Shown here: positions 37,608 to 48,239 of the stretch, one piece after another
Position numbering within the stretch: the stretch's first letter is position 1
Layout of the letters: each line of letters starts with the position of its first letter
Assembly (NCBI GenBank): GCA_963758295.1
Contig: CAVWUU010000001.1
Span: forward strand, 512,001-576,000
From: Candidatus Eremiobacteria bacterium
GTDB lineage: Bacteria > Vulcanimicrobiota > Vulcanimicrobiia > Vulcanimicrobiales > Vulcanimicrobiaceae
Reading direction: 5' to 3'
Length of the DNA: 64,000 nt
The notes under the pieces: model-generated
Seen by the model: only the letters and a program-made list of their open reading frames with translations
What the model was told of the DNA's origin: nothing
Database searches by the model: none
Position numbers and translations under genes: made by a program

Positions 37608-37958
37608 ATGCCGACGAAGACGCCGAAAGCTCTCGGACGAGTACGTGAGGGCGTGCCTCGGCGAAGCGCTGGTTCCGCTGCGAGAGAGGATCGATCCCGC
37701 GTCCTCAGAGTTGCTCGAGAAGTTGATTTTCCGCTGCGATTTCGTGAATCAGGTGGCGTTCAAATCGTACGAACATGCCGAAGTTTCGCAAGAACAAATC
37801 GACGCCGTTTCCGGCTTCGATCAACGATTGATGCGGCTTTCGACGAGCCCGTACGCTTGGATCGCCGCAAATCCGACGGTATTTGGGCGCCGTGAATGAC
37901 GCAATGGATGCTCGCGACCGCGCGATGCAAGCGGCCGGAACACCGAAAAGCGGCTGAC
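37608..37958 (+). CDS. Hypothetical protein of about 115 aa (frameshifted)
   Basis: Core ORF 37645..37899; plausible extensions in adjacent frames. Confidence 0.4.
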
Positions 37959-37959
37959 G

Positions 37960-39933
37960 GCAACTCATGGTTGGTGCCGTTTTTGCGTCGGCTGCGCCTG
38001 CACGTCTCTCCGCGCCCGGCTTCGGTCGTATCGGTGCGCTGCCCGGGTACGTCCATTGCGGTTCCCCGAACGGTGGATCGCGCCGCGGATCCGGGCGGTG
38101 TTGAGGGAAATCAACGAGCGATGGAGCACGCTCGGAGCGGGGGTTCCGCGAGCCGCAGGCGCGCCGCAAGTCCGGCTTCGTAAGAATGCGTCGCTCGGCG
38201 CGCAGGCCTATCGTTTAAACGTCGACGCATCCGGTGCCGTCATTGAAAGCTCCGCGCGGCGGGTGAATTTTACGGGTTGACTGACGCTTGCGCAGTTGGC
38301 GGTCCGCGACGGTTCAGGGATGGCGCTTGCCGTGCGTGCGGATCGCGGATTCGCCCGCTTTACCGTGGCGCGTATTTCGTGACGACGTTTCGCGCGGCCC
38401 GCTGCCGACGATGCGCTATTTCAAGGAGCGCATTCGCACGATCGCGGCGTTCAAAATGAACGGCTATTCGCCGTACATGGAGCACGTTTTCGTCAGCCGA
38501 CCGATCCGCTTCCGGCGCCGCTCGACGGCATCACGCCGGCAACAGTTGCGCGAACTTCGCGCGATACGCGCGCGCGCTTTCACGTCGCGCTGATTCCCGA
38601 GCAGCAGACGTTCGCGCACATGCACGGCACGCTGCGCGTCGAACGATATGCGCCGCTGCGGAATTGCCGCACGGATTTCTGCTGTCGCCGAACTCGCCCG
38701 CTCGCATGGCATATCTGGCTCGCGTCATCGCGCAAGAACTGCAGGCCGTTCCGCATCCGCCGTTTTTCCACATCGGCTCGGACGAAACGGCAACGCTCGG
38801 CGAAGGGCGCACGACCGGCAATACGTGGCGCAAAACGGCGGCCGTTCGCGACGTCTATGCGCGACCACATCATCGCGATGAGCACGCTTATCGCACCGTC
38901 GGGCGCGCGCATAATGGTCTGGGACGACGGGATCGAAGCGACCCCACGATCATGCGGCTGCATTCCGCGGAACGCCGTCGTCGTGAATTGGCACTACGGC
39001 AGCGAACGACGTTACGCGCCGTACATCGAGCGCATCGCGTCGCGGCGGTTTCGATCAGATGGTCGCGCCGGGCGCTGACAACTGGAACGAGATCTTTCCC
39101 GACGTCGACGACCGCCATTCCGAACGAGCGACGCTTCATCGACGCAAGGCAAGAGCGCACGGCGTTCTGGGACTGTTCCAAACGGTCTGGCACGACGACG
39201 GCGAAACGCTGTTCGAGGCGACGTGGTACCCGGTGCTGTATGCGGCGGCGCGCTGCGTGGCAGAGCACGGCGACGTCGATCCCGAGCGCGTTCGCGTGCG
39301 GATTTCCCGGCCGCGTTTTTCGGCGTCGACGATGCGCGCTACGCGCGACGACTTGCGCGATCTCGCGGACGCGAGCGCGAGCGCTTGCGGACGGCTTCGA
39401 CGGACACGCTGCTTCTGGGCCGATCCGTTCGATCCGCTCGACGCGGCTCGCGCATGCAAGACGCCGATCTCGCGACGGATTGCGCTTGCGACGCCGAAAC
39501 GGTCGAAGCAGCATTTGTCGCGCGCCGGCCGCCGCTGCACGCGAACGCTGCTCCGGTGATGTTTCTGGCGGCGCGCCGCTACGATGCGCTCGGCCGGCAG
39601 ATTTCAGATCGCCGCGCGAAGTGCGAGCTATTACGCCGACGCACTCGCGCACCCGGATCCGGACGGCGTGCGCGACCTGTTCTGGTGCAAGTACTGGTTC
39701 TGGGAGCATGCGCGATAGCGACGAGGAGCTCGCGCCGCTCTACGCAGCGCGCGTGGCGATACGAAAATCGCGAAGGTCATCTTGCACAGCAACCTGGAGC
39801 GCTACCATCTGGCCGCGCAGCTGAGCGATCCGCGTGCGGACGCGGTCGATCGCGCGACGTACGACGATTACGTTGCGCGACACAATACGCTGCCACCGCT
39901 CGACTCGATCTGCAGACGTGCTGCGCACCGTGA
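37960..39933 (+). CDS. Glycoside hydrolase family 20 (beta-N-acetylhexosaminidase), heavily frameshifted; start approximate
   Basis: Fragments LHVSPRPASV, AYRLNVD, WRVFRDDVSRGPLPT, catalytic FHIGSDE, IMVWDD, VVVNWHY, TVWHDDGE. Confidence 0.8.
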
Positions 39934-41974
39934 GCGCCGTCGCTGGTTCTCGTCGTCTTTCTCGCATCTTCGCCGCGCTGATGTACTGCGCGTGGATGCC
40001 GGCGATCCTGGCGGTTCCGCTGATGGCGGTGGTCATGGCGCTGGCCGCGGGCGTCGCCGCTGCGCAGATCGGCGGCATCGTCGTCGACCGGCGCGGCGTC
40101 GCTCGCGCCGTCTACGTCGCGGTCATTTTCGGCGCGCTGCTCGGGCGCGTGACGCTGGATACCGGCATCGCGCGCGCGATCGTCAATCTCGCGGCGGAAT
40201 ACGGCGGCGAGCGGCCGTTCGGCGCTGGCGCTCGTGCTGTGCGCGGTCGTTGCGTTGCTGTTCACGTCGCTCTCCGGACTCGGCGCGGTCATCATGGTCG
40301 GCTCGATCGTGCTGCCGATCATGATGACGACCGGCGTTCCGCGGACGCGTTGCGGCGACGCTGTTCCTCATGGCGTTTGCCCTGGGCTTCATTTTCAACA
40401 TCGTCAACTGGAAGTTTTACACGCAGTTTTTCGGCGTCGCGCCAGCAGCAGATGTAGCGCTATGCGATCGTGCTGGCGGCGATCGATGCGGTCGCGCTGA
40501 TCGTCTATGCGGTCGTCGCGTTTCGGCGCGAGCGCGGCTATGCGACGTGGGCCGTGCGCGCCGAACGCGACGCGGCAGCCGCGGCGTTCCGGCGTCGCGC
40601 TGCTCACGCCGGTATTGCCGCTGGTGCTGTACTACGCGCTGCATGTCGACGCGGCGCTCGCCTTTATCGTCTCGGCGCTCTACGGCGTGCTGGTGACGCG
40701 GCCGCGAAGCGCCGTCCAGACGCTCGTTGCGGCGGCGATTCGCGGCGTCGAAGACGTCGCGCCGGCGGTGCTGCTGTTCATCGGCATCGGCATGCTGCTC
40801 ACCGCGACGAAGGAGCCGCAGTTCGCGCAGCGCTGGCGCCGCTCGTCGCCGGCGGCTGGGTGCGCAATCCGATCGCGTTCGTCGTCGTTTTCGGGCTTGC
40901 TCAGCCCGCTCGTGCTCTATCGCGGACCGCTCAATCCGTTCGGCGTCGGCATCGCCATCTTCACGGTGCTGCTGGCGGCGCACGCGATTGCCGCCGGTGA
41001 TCCTGGTCGCCGCCGTCATGGCGGTCGTGCAAGTGCAGAACGTTTGCGATCCAACCAACACCGCCAACGTGTGGGTCGCCAACTTCACCGGCGTGCCGAT
41101 CGACGAGATCACGCAGCCGTACGCTTGCCCTATCAAGTCGGCCGTCGCGACCGCGGCGACGCATCGTCGTTGCGTCGCGGCGCCGGCGCTTTTCGGCGTG
41201 CGCGCCGTTCGCACGCTGTTCAGCCGCGGCGCGCGCGAGCCGATGCGCTGCCGCGGACTCTATGCGCCGGCATGCGGCCGCGGACCGCATCGGCGTCGGG
41301 AACGACGGCAACGCCGCTCGCGCAGCGGCGCAGCCAGCGAGTCGCTGCGCGCGTTGCTGCGACCACGGCATTCGCGAGCGTTCGACTTCGCGACGATCCC
41401 GAATGCGAGCGACTGCTGCGCGCAAACCGTACGCCGCGTACGTCACGTGATGGCGTCGACGCTTTCAGCTCGAGCGAAGGCACCGACTTAGACGTCGGTC
41501 TGCGGCTCGAAGATTGCGGCGGCTGGATCGTCGGCGAATGGCACGATCACGCGATCGTTGCCGCAAGCGCCTGCCGCGGCGACGCGCGCGGCGCTCGGCG
41601 CGCGCAGGGCGTCGCGCGCGTGCTCGCAGTGGGCGCGCAGCGAACCCGAGCGCAGCGCACAACTTGCTCGCAACGCGGTCTTGCGACGCCGCCGGCGATC
41701 CGCCGACGTACTATTACACGCTGTTCAAAACGGTCGACGGCAACATGCGCGTCGTACGTGCGCGCCGGCGGCCCGGCATACGACGCGGGCTTGCGCACCG
41801 GCGACATCGTGAACAAGCTGGACGGAAAGTATTGGTGGGAGTACGGCACGTATCAAACGCAGTCGCGCGCGTACGACGGCCAGCCGCACGCGTTCGAAAT
41901 CGAACGCGGCGGCACAGACCGATCGACATGCAACTCGGAGCACCGTTCGACCCCAGCGAAGGACAGTCGCATGA
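39930..41974 (+). CDS. IT-superfamily (citrate/GntP-like) membrane transporter followed by an extracytoplasmic PDZ-containing region; heavily frameshifted
   Basis: TGIARAIVNLAAEYGGERP, GLGAVIMVGSIVLPIM, PLVLYRGPLNPFGVG, DPTNTANVW; later VRAGGPAYDAGLRTGDIVNKLDG (PDZ). GTG overlaps the GH20 TGA. Confidence 0.65.
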
Positions 41975-43366
41975 CGACATCGATCCGGAGCTCGCGACGT
42001 ATTGCGACGCGCATCGACGACGAGCTACCTCGACGAGCTCAAAGCGTTGGATTGCGATTCCGTCGGTCTCCGCCGATCCGGCGCACCGGCGACGTTCGGC
42101 GTTGCTGCGAGCGGCTGGTCGAACGCATGAGCGAAATCGGGCTTGACGCGCGCGTTCTCGAAACCGCCGGCAATCCGCTGGCATACGGCAGTGGCTGGAC
42201 GCGCCCGGCAAGCCGACGATGCTGATCTACGGCCACTACGACGTGCAGCCGGTCGATCCGATCGAGCTGTGGGAGAGCCCGCCGTTCGAAGGCACGGTGC
42301 GCGACGGCAAAATATATCGGCCGCGGCGCGGTCGACGACAAAGGCCAAGTGCTGATGCATCTGGCCGCGATCGAAGCGCATATGAAGACGCGCGGACGGC
42401 TGCCGGTCAACGTCAAGGTCGTCGTCGAAGGCGAAGAAGAGATCGGCTCGCCGAACTTCGAAGCGGCGCTCGAGCGCTACAGCGACGCGCTTCGCTGCCG
42501 ACGTCGCCGTCATCTCCGACACGGCGGTGTATGCCGAAGACGTTCCGTCGCTGACGACGTCGATGCGCGGGCTTGGTGCATTGGGAAATCACGGTGAGCG
42601 GACCGACGGCAGACGTGCACTCCGGCTATTACGGCGGCATCGTTCGCAATCCGATCGAAGCGCTCGCCGCGCATCATCGCGACGCTGAAAGATGCCGACG
42701 GCCGCGTTACCGTTCCCGGCTTCTACGACGGCGTGCCGGAGCTGGAACCCGAGCGGCTCGCGGAGCTGCGCAGCGCTGCCGTTCGACGAAGCGCGCGAAG
42801 CGCGCGCAGCTCGGCGTGCCGGAACTCGCGCGGCGAGACGCGGACGCTTGCCGCTCGAGCGCATGTGGTTCCGTCCGACGCTCGAGTGCAACGGCATTTG
42901 GGGCGGCTATCAAGGACCGGGCAGCAAGACGATCATTCCGAGTTGGGCGAAAGCAAAGATCTCGGCGCGACTGGTCGGCGAGCAAGATCCCGCGCGCGTT
43001 CGCGGCATCGTCGACGACGTATATCGAACGACATCGCGCCGCCCGGCGTGCGCGTCGACGGTCGAGCACGGACGGCGAAACGCGCGCCGGTCGTCGTCGC
43101 GCGCGACCATCCGGCCGTCGCAGCGGCGGCACGCGCGATGGAGGCCGGCTTCGGCAAGGCGCCGGTGTTCATCGGCACCGGCGGATCGATCGGCCCGGTC
43201 GCGAGTTTCGATCGCGTTCTCGGGATGCCGCAGGTGCTGATCGGCGTCGGATTGCCCGACGACCACATTCACGCGCCGAACGAGAAGTTCAATCTCTCGC
43301 AATTTTTCGGCGGCATTCAGCACGATGGCGTGCCTGTACGACGAGTTGGCGGAACCGCGTTCGTGA
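41971..43366 (+). CDS. M20 family dipeptidase (frameshifted)
   Basis: [35 protein letters not shown] across frames. Confidence 0.85.
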
Positions 43367-44340
43367 TTCCGATTCCTTGGGCGCTGACGGTGATGCAGCT
43401 GATCCCCTCGCCGCCGCCGCAGCCGATGGGGCCAACCCCGATCCCGGCCGGTCCATCGCCGTCGCCCACGCCATTTTCCGAGCGCGGTTTGTTGAGCAGC
43501 GGACTCGATGCGCTGGCCGCGCGCGTGAAAGCGCAGACCGGCGGAACGCTCGGCGCCGTAGTTTGGGATTTGCACAACGGGATCAACGTGCAGTGCAATG
43601 CGCAGCTGGCGTTCCCCATGGCGAGCGTCCAAAAACTGCCGTTGGCGGTGCTTACGTATGCGGCGATCGACTCGGGAGAGTTCCAAGCGAGTCAAACGAT
43701 TGCGATCGAACCCGCCGACGTCGTAACGACGGTCAGCCCGATCGCTCAAGAGTACGCAAAAGGACGTCGCGCGTACACCTTGCGCGAGCTCGTCGCGCGC
43801 ATGCTGCAGGACAGCGATAATACCGCCGCGGATGCGATTTATCGCGTTCTCGGCGGCGCTCAAGCGATCAATACATCGCTCACGGCAATGGGCTTCGACG
43901 GCTTCGCATATCGAACGGATGAAGCCGGACTCAGCGCCGATGCGGCGGCGGGACGAACGTTTGCGCGCGGTGGTGATAATGCGGGATCGCCTGCCGCGAT
44001 AGCCCAGATGCTCGGTGATTTGGCCCAGGGCAAGATCCTTTCCCAGACTTCGCGTGCCGAACTGCGAGGAATGTTAGCCGCCGTGAATACGTTCCCGGAC
44101 CGCTTGCGCGCCGGGTTTGGTGCCGGCACGTCCGTCGAGCACAAGACTGGGACGTCGATTACGGCCGGCGGCGTAACAGACGCAACGAACGACGTGGGAA
44201 TCGTTAACGCGAACGGACGTACGCTTGTTGTGGTCGCGATGCTTCACGGCGCGAAGGGTTCCGATAAGCAGCGCGATTCGCTCATTGCCGCAGTCGCGCA
44301 AATCGCGAACGACGCGACGCGGCTCTTTCCGACGCAATAG
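43363..44340 (+). CDS. Class A beta-lactamase-like serine hydrolase
   Basis: FPMASVQK (SxxK), SDN, HKTGT, NDVG; Pro-rich N-terminus; GTG at 43363. Confidence 0.85.
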   Translation: MIPIPWALTVMQLIPSPPPQPMGPTPIPAGPSPSPTPFSERGLLSSGLDALAARVKAQTGGTLGAVVWDLHNGINVQCNAQLAFPMASVQKLPLAVLTYAAIDSGEFQASQTIAIEPADVVTTVSPIAQEYAKGRRAYTLRELVARMLQDSDNTAADAIYRVLGGAQAINTSLTAMGFDGFAYRTDEAGLSADAAAGRTFARGGDNAGSPAAIAQMLGDLAQGKILSQTSRAELRGMLAAVNTFPDRLRAGFGAGTSVEHKTGTSITAGGVTDATNDVGIVNANGRTLVVVAMLHGAKGSDKQRDSLIAAVAQIANDATRLFPTQ

Positions 44341-44342
44341 CC

Positions 44343-46436
44343 GTGCGCAAGCTGCGTCTGGGCGTCGACGTCGGCGGAACGTTTACCGACGTCGTGGCAA
44401 TCGACGCAGCGACTCGCGAACTGGTTGCTCGCATCAAAGTCCCGACGACCCACCGTGCCGCCGAAGGCGTTGCTGCGGGTATCGTTCAAGGCATCGGCCA
44501 CATTCTGAGCGATAGCGGCGTCGAGCCGCAAGACGTGGCATTTATCGCGCACTCCACGACGCAAGCCACGAACGCCCTCCTTGAAGGCGACGTCGCCCGC
44601 GTCGGCGTGATTGGCATCACCGGGCGGTTCGGCTGGATCGCACGCCGTCAACTGCGTTTTCACGCAGTCGAGCTTGCTCCCGGCGTAAAATTCGAGCCGA
44701 AGTTCGCGTTCAGCGCCAAGCACGACGGCGATATCGAAGCGGCGGTAAAAACGCTCGTTGCCGCCGGGACGGAAGCGATCGCCGCCAGTGCGCCGTTCGG
44801 CGTTGACCGTCCCCGTTACGAGATTACCGCCGTCGAAAATGCTAAGGCGGCGGGCGTATTTGCGACGAGCGGGCACGACGTAACGGCGATGTACGGATTG
44901 CGCGCGCGCACTCGCACGGCCGCGTTGAACGCTGCGATTCTTCCCAAGATGGTCCGCACGGCACGCATGACGGCGCAAGCGGTGAGTGAAGCGGCAATCG
45001 GCGCACCCCTTATGATCATGCGAAGCGACGGCGGCGTAATGGACGTTCGGGAAATCGAGCGGCGCCCGATTCTGACCTTGCTCTCGGGTCCGGCAGCCGG
45101 TGTCGCGGGTGCGTTGCTCTACGAAAACGTCACGGACGGTATCTTTTTGGAAGTCGGCGGTACGAGCGTCGATTGTTCCGCCATCCGTGCGGGACAGCCG
45201 CAAATGCGCCCCGCGAAGATCGGCGGCCATCGGACGATGTTGCGCACCATAGACTCACGGACACTCGGCATCGCGGGCGGAAGCATGCCGCGTATTTCGG
45301 CCAATGCAATCGTCGATGTCGGTCCTCGATCCGCGCATATTGCCGGATGCGCGTACGCAACGTTTCTTCCGCCTGACGCGTTGGACGGCGCCCGAGTCGA
45401 GCGGTTTGCACCGACGGCGCACGATCCCGACGACTACGTGCGTTTCGTTCTTGCCAATGGCGAGGCGGCGACCGTCACGCCGACGTGCGCAAGCAATTTG
45501 CTCGGCTACGTTGCGGATGATGCCTTTGCACGCGGTAATGCTGAATCGGCTCGGCGCGCCTTTGCCCTTCTTGCCGAAACGATGGGCAGCGACGCCGAGT
45601 CGCTCGCGCGACGGATGTTGGAGCTGGGAACGCAGAAAGTTCGCGCCTGCATCGACGAATTAATTGCCGACTACGGACTGCCGCGCGAACGGCTGGTATT
45701 GATCGGCGGCGGAGGGGGCGCGGCCTCGCTGGTGCCGTTTGTCGCTGAGAGCCTGGCCTTCGAACATCGCATTGCGCGCGATGCGGAAGTCATTTCGCCG
45801 ATCGGTGTGGCGCTTGCGCTCGTGCGCGACGTGGTCGAACGTACCATCGTCGATCCTTCCCCGGAAGACATCGTGCGTTTAAGGCGCGAGGTTTCCGATC
45901 GGGTTATTGCGGCCGGCGCATCGCCGGATCGCATCGAAGTAGCTGTCGAAATCGACGCACAACGCAATCGCGTTCGTGCGACGGCATCCGGCGCGACGGC
46001 GCTCGTCGAAGCGGCGGGACGAACGGCGCAAGGAGAAGTTGAGCAACGAGCCGCTGCCGCGCGCGCCATGCGGCTATCGCCGGCAAAGCTGGAGCGCTCC
46101 GAGCTGACGCCGCAACTGACAGCGTATGTCTCCGGAAAAGATTTGCGAATCGTCGACGAACGCGCTATCGTTCGTTTAGCGTTACGCGACGCAACGATTC
46201 ACAAGGCTACAGCCGGCACGTTGGAAGCACGTTTGCGCGAGGCGATCGAAAATGCGACGGCATTTGGCGACGTCGGCCGGTCGCTGCCGGAAGTCTACGT
46301 CATACACGGGGGCAGAATCGCCGACTTCAGCGGGCTGGCCGGCGTAGAACAGGCGATTGCGCTCGCTCGCGAAGAAATTGGCGGACGCGAAGCCGTGGAA
46401 GCGGTAAGCATCCTGACCGTGCCGCGCGCAGCGTAG
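44343..46436 (+). CDS. Hydantoinase/oxoprolinase family protein (ATP-binding A-type subunit)
   Basis: GVDVGGTFTD, HSTTQATNALLEG, SDGG, LSGPAAG, EVGGTS. Confidence 0.88.
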   Translation: MRKLRLGVDVGGTFTDVVAIDAATRELVARIKVPTTHRAAEGVAAGIVQGIGHILSDSGVEPQDVAFIAHSTTQATNALLEGDVARVGVIGITGRFGWIARRQLRFHAVELAPGVKFEPKFAFSAKHDGDIEAAVKTLVAAGTEAIAASAPFGVDRPRYEITAVENAKAAGVFATSGHDVTAMYGLRARTRTAALNAAILPKMVRTARMTAQAVSEAAIGAPLMIMRSDGGVMDVREIERRPILTLLSGPAAGVAGALLYENVTDGIFLEVGGTSVDCSAIRAGQPQMRPAKIGGHRTMLRTIDSRTLGIAGGSMPRISANAIVDVGPRSAHIAGCAYATFLPPDALDGARVERFAPTAHDPDDYVRFVLANGEAATVTPTCASNLLGYVADDAFARGNAESARRAFALLAETMGSDAESLARRMLELGTQKVRACIDELIADYGLPRERLVLIGGGGGAASLVPFVAESLAFEHRIARDAEVISPIGVALALVRDVVERTIVDPSPEDIVRLRREVSDRVIAAGASPDRIEVAVEIDAQRNRVRATASGATALVEAAGRTAQGEVEQRAAAARAMRLSPAKLERSELTPQLTAYVSGKDLRIVDERAIVRLALRDATIHKATAGTLEARLREAIENATAFGDVGRSLPEVYVIHGGRIADFSGLAGVEQAIALAREEIGGREAVEAVSILTVPRAA

Positions 46437-46632
46437 GCGAAAAGGCACATAACGCGACGATGACGCACTAAGCAGCGATGCCACGCGCCTACCGGCTCGG
46501 ACAAAGAAGAGCTTCCATTCCGAAGTGGCCGGCGGCGCTCTGGATCTGGACTTGACGCCATCGCAACGTCCAGCCTGCTCGTTTGCGCGCTCGTGTTCAT
46601 GACGCTTGCGACGCACTTGTAACTCCGGAAAA

Positions 46633-46669
46633 GAAAAAGAGCCGCGTCGTCGCGGCTCTTTTTCCTTTT
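46633..46669. terminator. Bidirectional intrinsic terminator
   Basis: GAAAAAGAGCCGCG-tcgt-CGCGGCTCTTTTTC between convergent genes. Confidence 0.85.
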
Positions 46670-46685
46670 GGGCAGAGTGTTGTGG

Positions 46686-48194
46686 TTATGCGACTTCCAC
46701 CACGGCGGCGGCGGCGGCTTCTTCCCGGCCGACGATGCTGTGGCGCCGGCTGTACAAGAAATAGACACACAAGCCGATCGCGAGCCATACGAGAAACCCG
46801 AACCACGGCAGCGGGATGCCGAGAATATACGTGACGTCGATCTTGAACCCGAACGCTTTTGCCATGAGCGGCGACCAGAACGGCGCTAGGAGCAAGAGAC
46901 CGGATAGGATCGCGGAGGTGACCGGAATGATGTACGGCCCGCCGGGCACTTCGTACCCTTTTGTTGAGGGGTATTTCTTCCGGAGGATAGGCAGAGCGAT
47001 GGACACGAGGACGAACGCGAAGAGCGTACCCATGTTCGTCAGTTCACCGAGAATGCTGATTGGCGTCAGGGAACCGGTGATCGCGATCAAGATCGTGAAA
47101 ATGACGGTCGTAACCGCGGGCGTGCGGAATTTCGGGTGAACCCGCGAGAAGAACGACGGAAGAAGCCCGTCACGCGACATTGCGAAGAAGACGCGCGTCT
47201 GTCCGAACATCATGACAAGAAGGACCGTCGTAAGACCCGCAATGGCGCCGAGCGCGATCGATGCGCTCGCCCATGGCATGCCGATTTGATCGACGGCGTA
47301 AGCTACCGGCTGCGGCACGTTGAGCGTCTTGAAATTAACCATACCGGTCAGAATCGCCGCCACGATGATGTAGAGAACGGTGCAAACGGCAAGGCTGCCG
47401 ACAATGCCGATCGGCATGTCTTTCTTCGGATTTATCGATTCCTCGGCTGCGGTCGATACGGCATCGAAGCCGATATAAGCGAAGAACACGAAGAAGGCGC
47501 CGAAAAACGTTCCGCCTAGCGTGTACGGGAAGTACGGCGACCAGTTTGCGGTGTTGACGTGCCCCACACCTATGGCGATGAAGAAGAGCACGATGCAGAC
47601 CTTGATCGTTACGATGACGTTGTTTACCAGCGCCGATTCGCGCGTTCCGCGGTACAGCAAGAAGCCGATCAGCAAAATGATGCAGAAGGCCGGCAGATTC
47701 ATGAACCCGTGCATTGGTGCGCCGGTGGGGCCGGTGTCGAACGGATTGTGCATCAGCGCTTGCGGAATCTGAATTCCGGTGATGTTCTTTACGACGGTAT
47801 AGAAGTAGCCGGACCAGCCGACGCTTACCGTCGCTGCGCCGAGTGCATACTCCAGGACCAAATCCCAGCCGATAATCCACGCCAGGAATTCACCGAGCGA
47901 CGCATAGGCAAAGGTGTACGCGCTGCCCGCAATGGGGACGCGGCTCGCGACCTCTGAATAGCATAAGGCGGCAAACGCACTTACGAAACCGGCGATGATA
48001 AACGAAATCGTCAACGACGGTCCCGTGTATTTCGCCGAGGCGACGCCGGTAAGCACGAAGATGCCGGTGCCGATAATAGCGCCGATGCCCATGGCGATGA
48101 GCGATCCGGCTCCGAGCGTCTTCTTAAGACTGTGGGTTTGCTCTTCCGTGTCCGCAAGCAGACGCGAGAGCGGCTTTACGCGTTGTAGCAGCAT
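46686..48194 (-). CDS. APC amino acid permease (cationic amino acid transporter-like)
   Basis: GIGAIIGTGIFV, GSAYTFAY, FFAYIGFDAVSTAAEE, RVFFAMSRDGLLP. Confidence 0.92.
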   Translation of the reverse strand: MLLQRVKPLSRLLADTEEQTHSLKKTLGAGSLIAMGIGAIIGTGIFVLTGVASAKYTGPSLTISFIIAGFVSAFAALCYSEVASRVPIAGSAYTFAYASLGEFLAWIIGWDLVLEYALGAATVSVGWSGYFYTVVKNITGIQIPQALMHNPFDTGPTGAPMHGFMNLPAFCIILLIGFLLYRGTRESALVNNVIVTIKVCIVLFFIAIGVGHVNTANWSPYFPYTLGGTFFGAFFVFFAYIGFDAVSTAAEESINPKKDMPIGIVGSLAVCTVLYIIVAAILTGMVNFKTLNVPQPVAYAVDQIGMPWASASIALGAIAGLTTVLLVMMFGQTRVFFAMSRDGLLPSFFSRVHPKFRTPAVTTVIFTILIAITGSLTPISILGELTNMGTLFAFVLVSIALPILRKKYPSTKGYEVPGGPYIIPVTSAILSGLLLLAPFWSPLMAKAFGFKIDVTYILGIPLPWFGFLVWLAIGLCVYFLYSRRHSIVGREEAAAAAVVEVA

Positions 48195-48239
48195 TAAGGC
48201 TGCTCAATACCCGATTAACAGCCTTGCTGACCTCTGCCT

